A stretch of DNA of 64,000 bases from positions 16,926,001-16,990,000 of the forward strand of contig OZ024755.1 of assembly GCA_964016885.1 (NCBI GenBank), written 5' to 3'. How positions within the stretch are numbered: position 1 is the stretch's first letter; the number at the start of each line of letters is the position of its first letter. The notes beneath the pieces are model-generated. The model saw only the letters and a list, made by a program, of their open reading frames with translations, did not search any database and was not told the origin of the DNA. Shown here piece after piece: positions 54,418-64,000 of the stretch. The translations under genes were made by a program, and so were the position numbers. The DNA comes from Eledone cirrhosa. Lineage: Eukaryota.

Positions 54418-55122
54418 TTAGCTCTGTTAACATCATTTAATCTTAATATTTTAGCTCTGTTACTGACCACATTTCTAATGAAATACACTCTTTCAATTAA
54501 TTATTGAAGAATTTTGAGGGATTTACTAAAATTATTAAATATTTCATTACTCAGATAGTAACTTAATGTAAGGTTCTTATATAAAATTATGATGGAAGAT
54601 TTTAATATAAATTGGAATGCTTTAAAATGGGTGGTTTTATTTCATAGAACCAGAATCAGTTTTGGCTGAGTTGGCAATAACAAGGCCAATGCAAACATTT
54701 AGTGACATTAATATTGTGTATGTTTGTTTTATACTCCCAATATTCAGATTTATATGTTTCTGCTTTCCCTTCTCTTAGTCACCACACTGTCTAGTGATGT
54801 GATGTTAACATAGTCAATATAATATACAATAAAACCAGTGGGAATGGTAGTCTTTTCAAACCAAACCACCTTCCTACTCAATCACTTGGGATGGAGATGG
54901 TCATCCACAAGAACAAGCTGCATGATTCAGACTGGCTATTTCAGCACATCTCCCTTGCCTTGCACCAAGCTAATACATCTAACATATCTGCCATTTTGTT
55001 AGCTGAGAAAGATCATGAAACATTTACATGACAAGCTGTGATTTTCTTTGTTTATTGTATTGTAATTCACAAAATATATGGTATTATAATTGACTTTCTA
55101 TAAAGATAATAATAGTAATAAA

Positions 55123-55165
<43 letters not shown>

Positions 55166-55428
55166 GAGGTGATTAGTTGTCTTGAAGCAGGAAATAGAAC
55201 ATCGTTGTAATCAATCTTATTATGTAGGTGTTGTGATGAAGTATCGGTGTATTTCCGACTGTGAGACATGATAACAGTAGGTATTAGAAATAATATGATG
55301 TATGGTCAAATGTCAAAAAGAAACTGTCAGAATCAGGACAGACTACTTAACTTGCTTGTCTCAGTCATTGATGAGAGACAGGATATAGCTTATATTTCTT
55401 TTATAAATAAATCTTTTCTAATTTAAAC

Positions 55429-55662
55429 ATCAATGCCACCAGAGAAAGACATCTTGTCTTGAAATGTTCAGGTTGTGTTTTTACATATTAGTAGTTGATA
55501 TAGTAACACTAGTAACATTAGTTGAGAGTAGTAATATTAGTTGAGATATTACTAGTAGTAATATCTCAACTAATATTACTAGTGTTACTATATCAACTAC
55601 TAATATGTAAAAACACAACCTGAACATTTCAAGACAAGATGTCTTTCTCTGGTGGTATTGAT
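55429..55662. repeat. Near-perfect fold-back palindrome, arms about 105 bp
   Basis: ccaccagagaaagacatcttgtcttgaaatgttcagg... mirrored by ...cctgaacatttcaagacaagatgtctttctctggtgg. Confidence 0.95.
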
Positions 55663-56326
55663 ATTAGTAGTATTAATATTAGTTGATATATTAACAATAG
55701 TATTAATAGTTCATATAGTAACAGTAGTAATATTAGTTGATATATTAGTAGTAGTATTAGTAGTTGATATATTAACAGTAGTATTAATAGTTGAGATAGT
55801 AGTAGTAGTAATATTAGTTGATATAGTAACAGTAGTATTAGTTGTATTTAGTGATGTTAAATTTGTCGTCGTCTTCTCTCCCACCCACTTAATCCTGAGA
55901 GGGTTGTAGGGGCAGAGTCCTCAAACATTACTTCCAGTGGGGGGTCTTGTCAGAAGCAACCGACTCTGGCTGGAACCCCAAATGAGACCAGCCAAACTCA
56001 TGGATGTTATCCAACCATCTTACTTGGGGGTCTACCTCTGGATCTCCTGCTGGTTTATTTTTCCCATAAAATCTGTAATATGTTATAGTAAAATTAATAA
56101 TTTTTAGGGAAGTTAACATAACTAAATTATGTACTAAGATCAGTAATAACATTTAATGTTGTTAATGTGTCACCAACACAACCACTTTACAGTATAGAGT
56201 GGCTGCTTTTTATCATGTCACCAACACAACCCCTTTACAGTAGGGACTGGGCACTTTACAGGGCAGACTGGGTGCTTTTTGTTTAACATTTATTTAATCT
56301 AAATTGTATTTTCTTTGATATTCCAG

Positions 56327-56638
56327 GAATTCATGGCCTTCAGGGTCCAATATGATGTTGAATACAAGGTATATCGAAGCCTGAAACAAAAAATCTTATC
56401 AAAGAAATCTCTAAAACTAACAGTTGATGATTATAAAATGTTACAAGAACGGTGGTTGTCAGTACAGAAGAAGACTCATCTTTGGTTATTGAAACTAGAC
56501 AGAAGCCTACCTGGAGAAGTTGGTGCTTTTGCAGAATGGTTATATAAAGCTGAAGAATACTTGGAGAGAAATTTAGATGTTATCGAAGATCCAAACAAAA
56601 TGATTATGAAAATACATGGATTAATTGTTGAACACCAG
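56327..56638 (+). CDS. SYNE1: Nesprin-1-like exon, spectrin-like repeats (EFMAFRVQY...LDRSLPGEVGAFAEWLYKAE...VEHQ)
   Basis: ttccag acceptor, gtaaga donor, 104 open codons, LD..LPG......WL..AE pattern. Confidence 0.93.
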
Positions 56639-56835
56639 GTAAGAAATACCTTAATCACCACTAGCAGTTGTGGTGATGGTGGTGGTTGTGGTAACGACAA
56701 TGATGATACTTTTACCAACAACAATCAACACCATTATTACCACACCATTATCATGACTAACATCTAATCTAAAAAAAAAGTGCCTTATACACTAATTCCA
56801 TATGTACTTTTTAATTACCATTGGTATGTGCCTTG

Positions 56836-57053
56836 TTAACCCTTTAGCATTTACATTACTCTATATTTACTATTGTATATTCATGGTAAAGGCTTCACTT
56901 CACACAATTCTTTCACATAATATCGACTCTATGAGGTTTTGCTATTATTTATTTTGAGAACAATATCTGAACATCAGCATGAGCAGCCAGTTTGAACAGA
57001 AAGATGTGAGAAAATTCTGGCCGGATATGGCCGGTTTAAACGCAAAAGGCTCA
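56836..57053. mobile_element. Possible piggyBac-type MITE
   Basis: TTAA-ccctttagcattta left end; degenerate taaacgcaaaaggctcaa right end. Confidence 0.4.
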
Positions 57054-57214
57054 AACCTGATTTTAACCAACAGATTTCATTACAAGTTTGATATTTAAAA
57101 TGGTTTGTCTGCCTCACATATCACTTTGGGTTGATGAATTAATCCAACTCTAGACAATAGAATATAAGAGCAGTGTGTGCATGCTTCTTTTGTTTCATTG
57201 CCGTCACTTTGTTC

Positions 57215-57485
57215 CAGTTTGCCTAACTCGAAACATAGCGTCTTCATCTGCTGGATGCTGTTGTGGTTCCACGAATAATGAAGTCTTTTGACGCTTGTAG
57301 TTTTTGGTTTTTTTTATCTCAAACTGCCAGACTTTGGAACTCTCTTCCATCTCATTGTTTTCCCTCTTATGACCTGAACCCTTTCAAGTCCAAAGTAAAT
57401 TCATTCAATTCATCTTAATTTCTCCTTCTTCATAGTCCCTTTTCTCTAAGTGGCTTCACACCTTGTCTGGGACTTTCATAAAAAA
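57215..57485 (+). mobile_element. Decayed Jockey/CR1-group LINE 3' fragment
   Basis: SQTARLWNSLPSHCFPSYDLNPFKSKVN followed by an A-rich end. Confidence 0.65.
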
Positions 57486-57609
57486 ACAATGAAAGTTATG
57501 TACTGGGGTTGATCTAATTAATTTTGCCATCAAATATTCTGGCCTTGTGCCTAAACTAGCTATCATCAATATTTTGTCTTACTGATTTAAATATCTTTAT
57601 CTTTTATAG

Positions 57610-57891
57610 GAAATATTTAAAGATTTACCGACATATATGACATTCTTTGCTAAAATCAAATCACAAGGCGTCTACCAAGGAGAACAACTGCCTTCTGCAC
57701 AGATTGAACACATGCATGGAAGATTACAGCAGGTCAACCATTTAGTTCCTGATAAGATGTCCATGTTAACATTCCAAAAATCTAGGTTTGGAATTTTGAT
57801 CTTCCTAGATCAGACAGAAGAGAAATATAAGGAATGGTCCAAGAAGTTTTCTTCTCGACAAAATGTATATACATTACAAGAAGATTACCAG
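57610..57891 (+). CDS. SYNE1: Nesprin-1-like exon, spectrin-like repeats (EIFKDLPTY...LQEDYQ)
   Basis: cttttatag acceptor, gtacac donor, 94 open codons, phase 0-0. Confidence 0.9.
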
Positions 57892-57967
57892 GTACACAGG
57901 AATAGCTTTATATTTAATTTCTTACTTATGCTTCTTGAATGAACAGAAGCATGAGGGTCATGGTGGG

Positions 57968-58300
57968 GAGAGCTGGTTTAGTCACTGACCACTCGACTAC
58001 AGAGCAGGTTGTACTGGGTTACATAGTACCAGTAGCAGACAGAAGCCTGACCTCACCAAACCAGAGGGAGCTGGCTTAGTCACCAACAACTGACCATGAA
58101 GTAGGTTGTACTGGGTTACATGGTACCAGTAGCAGATGGAAGCCTGACCTGACCAAACCAGAGGGATCTGGCTTAGTCACCAACCACTGACCATGAAGTA
58201 GGTTGTACTGGGTTACATGGTACCAGTGGCAGACAGAAGCCTGACTTGACCAAACCAGGGGGAGCTGGTTTAGTCCCTAACCACTCGACCATACATGGTA
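57968..58300. repeat. About 95-bp tandem repeat, about 3 copies, inverse homologue of the 107-bp array
   Basis: aggttgtactgggttacatggtaccagtagc is the reverse complement of gctactggtaccatgtaacccagtacaacct. Confidence 0.9.
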
Positions 58301-58744
58301 CAGTGGCAGGCATGAGTATGAGAGGACAAAGTAAAAAATGTTTAGTGTATCTGTCAAAGTCTTCTTCAAGACTGATTGTTCATATCATCATATCATCTAT
58401 TTTGTGAATAATATAGGCATAGGTTATATGCTGTGTCGACAGTCTATCAACAAAATCCCAGACCTCATCAAATCGGACCGAGGAAATAATGTTTCCATTG
58501 GTCTTTCCTATTGCTAACATTACCGGTCGCAAATCCAGGTAGAAAGTGCAACATGGAATAAAGTGTCTTGTTCAATGACATAACGCATCGCTCGATCCAG
58601 GAATCAAACTCACAACCTCAAGATTGCGTTTCCAATTCTCTAGTCATCACTCCTTTATAGTCAACCTATGAACTTTTCTGTTGACTATTATACATTCTCT
58701 GTATTCTGTGTTCATATTTTTAAATATGTATTTTGTATCTGCAG

Positions 58745-58838
58745 GGATATGTTATAGAAGGAGGAATTGATAAAATTTACCAAAGTACCTCGACAACTCT
58801 GAAATCAACAGCTGATGTATATTTAAAGACAGAAGTTG
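58745..58838 (+). CDS. SYNE1: Nesprin-1-like exon (GYVIEGGIDKIY...YLKTEV)
   Basis: ctgcag acceptor, gtaggt donor, phase 0-1 matching the next exon. Confidence 0.85.
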
Positions 58839-59624
58839 GTAGGTGTATTTTAACACTTAAAAGTGACATTTGTGTGTATATATATGTAGGTATATATATT
58901 TTTGTGTATGTGTGTTAATAGGTATACATCTATGTATGTGTATGTGTTAATATGTTTGCATGTATGTATGTGTGGGTTTCTGTGCTGTGTTTGTGTGTGT
59001 TTCTGCAACTATGTATGTTATGCATGTGTACAAATGCGATGTGTGTGTACACGTATGATGTGTTTGAGTACATGTACGATGTATGTTTGTGTACACACAC
59101 GATATGTGGGTGTATATGTATGATATGTGTGTGTACATGCAAGATATGTGTGTGTACACATATTATATGACTGTGTAGATGATATATATATATGAAAACA
59201 ATTCAATATTTTGAGTGTACCTTTTTAGAAAAAATGTTATGTATTTATTTATTGAAAATTAACTTATAGTTCTGTGTGTGTGGTTCTGCATCTATGTATG
59301 TGTACTATGTCTGTGTACATGTAAGATATGTCTTTGTACAGGTACAATATGTGTGTGCACATACAATAGGTGTGTGCACAGATACTATATGTGTGTGTGC
59401 ATGTACAATATGTGTGTACAGATACATATATATATATGAAAATGATGATATATTCTATCACTACATGCAATCCTTAAGGCAACAAATTATCTGCTGATTA
59501 TGGGTGCCAATAAAAGATGAAGACTAAACTACCTGAGTTGATTGCTGTGTATGAAGTTTATAGATATAAATAGTCTCACTGACTGAATATGACAAGTAGG
59601 GTAGAAAACTTCAATTAACTGAAA

Positions 59625-59902
59625 CTATCCTCTCAATTTAAAGATATCAATGAATTTAACTCAGTTGAAAAAAAATCATTTTTCTCTCAGACAATCAATC
59701 CAATTCCTCTTGTCCCCCACAATATCATCCTCTCAGACAAACAATCTTGAAATACATAATTCCTCTTGTCCCCTGCAATATCATCCTCTCAGACAAACAA
59801 TCTTGAAATACATAATTCCATTTGACTCCCACAATATCAACCGCTCAGCCAAACAGTCAGTCCTGAAACACCCAATTCCTCTTGTCCTCCATATTATCAT
59901 CC
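59625..59902. repeat. About 55-bp diverged tandem repeat, about 4 copies
   Basis: tcctctcagacaaacaatcttgaaatacataattcctcttgtcccc. Confidence 0.75.
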
Positions 59903-60218
59903 ACACTCCAGAGAGAAACTGTGTGTAAGAGGGATAGGCTGTAGTGTGTGGGAGAGAAGACTGCATTGGTATGGACATGTGATGTGCATGGAGGATGACC
60001 GTTGGGTGAAGAAATGCCAAGAAATCCCAGTAGAAGGAAGACGCAGTTGAGGAAGACCACGAAAAACATGGGCGGAGGTGGTGAGAGCAGACCTCAGATC
60101 ACTGACGCTCACAGAGGAGATGACAAGAGACCATGACAAATGGGGAGATGCTGTGCTTTATAAGATCCGTCCCACCCTTGCAAGCAAGGAGAAGCAGATG
60201 TAAAATGATGATGATGAC
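59903..60218 (+). mobile_element. RTE LINE family 1 3' fragment
   Basis: Homologous to 142-460; WYGHV..MEDDRWVKKCQEIPVEGR..*GRPRKTW; (GAT)n tail. Confidence 0.88.
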
Positions 60219-60274
60219 ACTCATGTGCTTCAATATGTTTAACTGTGAATTTCATTTTTTTTTTTTAAATTTAG

Positions 60275-60480
60275 GTGCTGAAAATTCTGAAGATGTCCAT
60301 GAATTCATTGAATATTGTGATGAAAGATGGAATAGACTGTATAATAATATTGAAACCTCTGGTAAAACTATTGAAGAGTCTTCAGAATATTGGAAACAAC
60401 ATGATATTCTAAACCAACAATTGAATACCTGGTTAGCTGAAGCACAATTGGTTTTACAGGAACCAACAGCTGAGAAACAG
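60275..60480 (+). CDS. SYNE1: Nesprin-1-like exon, spectrin-like repeats (GAENSEDVHEF...WLAEAQLVLQEPTAEKQ)
   Basis: Poly-T plus tttag acceptor, gtaatg donor, spectrin-repeat Trp pattern, phase 1-0. Confidence 0.92.
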
Positions 60481-60650
60481 GTAATGATGGAACATTGATC
60501 AATTGTTAAAACAAACTAAGTTCTTGGATGCTAGTTATATAAATGTTTATATAATATGAATAAGATCAAAATTTATCAATATTTTGGTCTGATTCTTCAT
60601 TACAGAAAAAAAGTCTGATTTTTATTGTCTCATTTTTATTTCTCCTTCAG

Positions 60651-60965
60651 AAATATTTCCAAGATTTGCCTGAATGGCAAGAACACCATAAAACTTACAA
60701 TGAAGCCTGCTTTTACCTCGCTGATGTTGTGGAACCATTAGTAATAGCCAAGATGAACCATGAAATGGAAAGAATCAACAAAGCTTTTAGGGATATTGTC
60801 ATTTCTTACCATCAATACTTAGAACAACTGAAAGGTGAAGAAGCAAAATCTTATAATGATGGTGTGACTGAAGTGGCTGTATGGCTCACTCGAACCAATG
60901 GAATTTTGAATAAAACTATACCTTGTACCCAAACGAGCCTGAAAAATTATGAAGCTGAATTAGAT
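60651..60965 (+). CDS. SYNE1: Nesprin-1-like exon, spectrin-like repeats (KYFQDLPEW...YEAELD)
   Basis: ccttcag acceptor, gtaagt donor, 105 open codons. Confidence 0.92.
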
Positions 60966-61693
60966 GTAAGTTGATGTTTTAAGATAGACACTGTGTATAT
61001 TCTGTTTAATTTCTTTTTAGAATAGCTAGACTGTATCTGTGTGTGTCATACGAGGCTACTAAAATGGTTGGTGTCAGGAAGAACATCCAGCTGTAAAGCA
61101 TTGCCTCAAAATGTTCTCTCCAGTCTATGCCAGCATGGTAAATCAGACAAAAACAATGATGAAATGATAAGTCTTGTGTAGCTAGGGGAAAAAATTGAGG
61201 CCCTAATGTTTTAAGATGAATGTTGTGAGCCTCTATATATGAATGGTTTTGATATTTGTTTTGGCAATGATGAATCTTGAATAAGAGACAGATTTTCTTT
61301 GAAAGACTATATTGCCTTCCATCTCAATTTAAAGGTACCTAAAACTCTTAGCAAAACATGATACACACTACACTACCAAGTCATACTTGATTGAAAGTGG
61401 ATATATCTTAGATACTCTACATGCCAATCCAATCCAGGGCCTTCTCAGTTCTGGTGGAGGAATTCCTCCCTGGTTGATCTCCACTGTTTTCTGTTTGGTT
61501 TTAATGTGATGCAGTCATAGTGCTGTTTTGTACTTTTCAAGAATGCCTTGCTAATGCATTTCAAGTAGTACATGGCATTATGAGTTCAGGAAATACTTTA
61601 AATACAAGTCTCCAAAAGTAGGTTTGTTATGTAACACTTCTCGGTGGTCTTCCTTTTTTTAAAATTCCATCTGTATTATTTTTGTTGCAACAG

Positions 61694-62017
61694 GTGTCCA
61701 GCAAAGAAGTCAGTGAAATGGAACACAAACTGAAATCTACCACCAGGACTGGTCAGGCACTAGCTAAAACAAGTCCCAGAGAAACAGTTGACCAAATTCT
61801 TGAAACTTTGAAAAAATATACTGAAACTTTCAAGTCTAACAAGAAATCAATAGCTGAGAAAATAAAATATGTGAAGATACTTCTACCAAATATAGAATCT
61901 TTTGAACATGGAATGACAGCAATAAATGCTTGGTTAGACATTGGAGAATCTCTCATTCAACAGTATGAATTAAATGAAAACTTTAATAAAGTGGAAAATT
62001 GGCTTGAAGCTCATAAG
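61694..62017 (+). CDS. SYNE1: Nesprin-1-like exon, spectrin-like repeats (VSSKEVSEM...WLEAHK)
   Basis: caacag acceptor, gtaatt donor, 108 open codons. Confidence 0.9.
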
Positions 62018-63074
62018 GTAATTATGTATGTTTTATCCTTTATTTTAGAATTGATATGAAGAGATCAAGTATCAGTCTAGTACTGGAGTCGATTCTTCTT
62101 CTATATCTCTTGCTCACTTCCATTCCTTCACTTTCTAACCTTCTCTCAAAGAAATCTGCTGTATTCAGCCCTGGAGAAGATATAGGCTCTGCCAGGTTTA
62201 AAACAATGCCTTAGAAACACTATATGTCAATACGGCACCCCTATGACTCCCTCAAGAATTATGGAGCCATGCATGCATGTATGAAGAGATTTTGGATACA
62301 TTGTGTTGTTATTTTAGCTGTATTAATTTCAATTAATATTTATAAGTATTTTAATTGATAATTTTTAATGTATTAATATATATATCTAACCTATTAGATT
62401 CTCATTTGCTATGCAAATCATTGAAAGGATGTTGTTTCATGGTCCTCATAGACAAAATGGCAAATGTTTTTCAAAGCACAGCCTATAACCTTAAAATAAT
62501 GTAGCCAGGAGTATATTATGCTTGGAACTAACATAAGGGAGGTTGTCCTGCCTTTGGTATAATTGAGAGTCCTATTGATCCTATGTTTGGCAAGTTATTT
62601 ATGGCTAGATGCCCTTTCTAAAGCTAACCCCTTTACAGAGTGTGCTGGGTGTATTTTATTGTGGCACCATTAGGAAGGCTGTCAGTAATTTGACTGAAGA
62701 ACCCTCTCTTCTTTATGGTTGATGATAATGATGGTGATGCATGCATCTTAATGACTGTGAGACACTCTTTATAGCAAGTGGTAATATTTGTTTATGTTTT
62801 GCATAAAACAGTGTCTTACAGCTTATGGTATAACTGAGGAGAGTGTTATACACCATACTTACTATAAATCAGATATGTGTTAGCGCCAGAAAGGGCATCT
62901 AATCATAGAACAAAATACCTCAAACATATCTCATCCAGTCCATGTTGGCATGGAAAAATCCATTGTACAAACAATGATGATAGTGAGGATCATGATGATG
63001 ATGATAATGATGAATATCACTGACGCTGTTGTTTTAGATAAAATAATAAAAGATTTGATTCAATCTTTTCTCAG

Positions 63075-63224
63075 GAACATTTCTCACAAACAGAAAACCA
63101 AAAATCTGTACTGGAAAGCAAAGGAAAATTACTACACAAGATGGCTTCTCATAAGAGTAAATTAAAAGTTGTTGACTTTGAACCTCCACAACAATTGTTA
63201 CAGACAACTGCTGTCAGATTTCAG
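63075..63224 (+). CDS. SYNE1: Nesprin-1-like exon (EHFSQTENQKSVLESKGKLL...TAVRFQ); gene continues beyond the window
   Basis: ttttctcag acceptor, gtttga donor, 50 open codons, phase 0-0. Not in the ORF track. Confidence 0.85.
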
Positions 63225-63454
63225 GTTTGATTGATTTTATTGTTGTAGTTATTGTTAAAGAGTTTAGAAAACCAAAACAAAACAAACTAAATCTATTATA
63301 ATATCAGTTTAGCTGATTTATAGTATTTTCACCTTACCTCACGTTTCTTTAAGTAATAAAAATTGTTTATGTGAGTGTGTGTGTATATATATATATATAT
63401 ATAAAAATATATATATTTATATTTATGTGAGTATGCACACACACACACGCATAT

Positions 63455-63511
<57 letters not shown>

Positions 63512-63947
63512 TACATACATACAGAGAGAGAGAGAGAGAGGTAAAAACCTGACTGCAACACCAAGCATTTTAACCTTGTATTTAGTTCAACGAAACTGCT
63601 AGTTCTCGTGATCAGGTTTTTACCTTCCTCTATACCTACTCTGCTTCTTCCCATGCAAATCTCTCTCTCTCTACCCCCCCACCCCACACACGATATAAAG
63701 CTTTTAGCTTTTGTTTACAAACAGCAGAGAATTTGAAATTAGTTAGTGAATGGTAGCCAGAGGTGTAGGTTCATGTCCCATGTCCATCAATGCTCATTCA
63801 TTTTCCCATTCTGTGGGTTTTTATAACTTCAATTAGTCAAATTAATAATTTATTTAGTCAAAAATACAACGGAGGCACTATTCCACTATCTAATTTATAT
63901 ATTCCTGGCAATCTTATAACAATATGACCCTCCTCACCTTACTCGTT

Positions 63948-63985
<38 letters not shown>

Positions 63986-64000
63986 AACGAGTAAGACCCC

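Overview
AT-rich, microsatellite-saturated eukaryotic DNA whose repeat content (tRNA-headed CORE-like SINEs, RTE/CR1 LINE ends, Penelope-like remnants, long AC/AT/ATC tracts) looks like an octopus/coleoid cephalopod genome; the organism is an inference. Almost every ORF in the supplied track is a microsatellite or repeat artefact. The real content is the 5' part of one + strand, intron-rich gene. I read 16 GT-AG exons by hand (13.8-63.2 kb, 2637 nt, about 879 aa, all phases compatible) encoding tandem calponin-homology domains followed by spectrin-like repeats, i.e. a nesprin-1/SYNE1/Msp300-like protein that continues beyond the window. Several exons (13810, 44672, 45407, 51043, 63075) are missing from the ORF track. 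The most interesting non-coding signals are: (1) several type I hammerhead-ribozyme motifs in Penelope-like remnants, apparently intact only antisense to the pre-mRNA; (2) long fold-back palindromes in introns; (3) a SINE sharing its 3' tail with an RTE LINE in the same window; (4) minisatellites built on hairpin-containing units, one born inside a SINE and one present as two separate arrays 41 kb apart. All alignments and folds were done by eye, and repeat boundaries are approximate.
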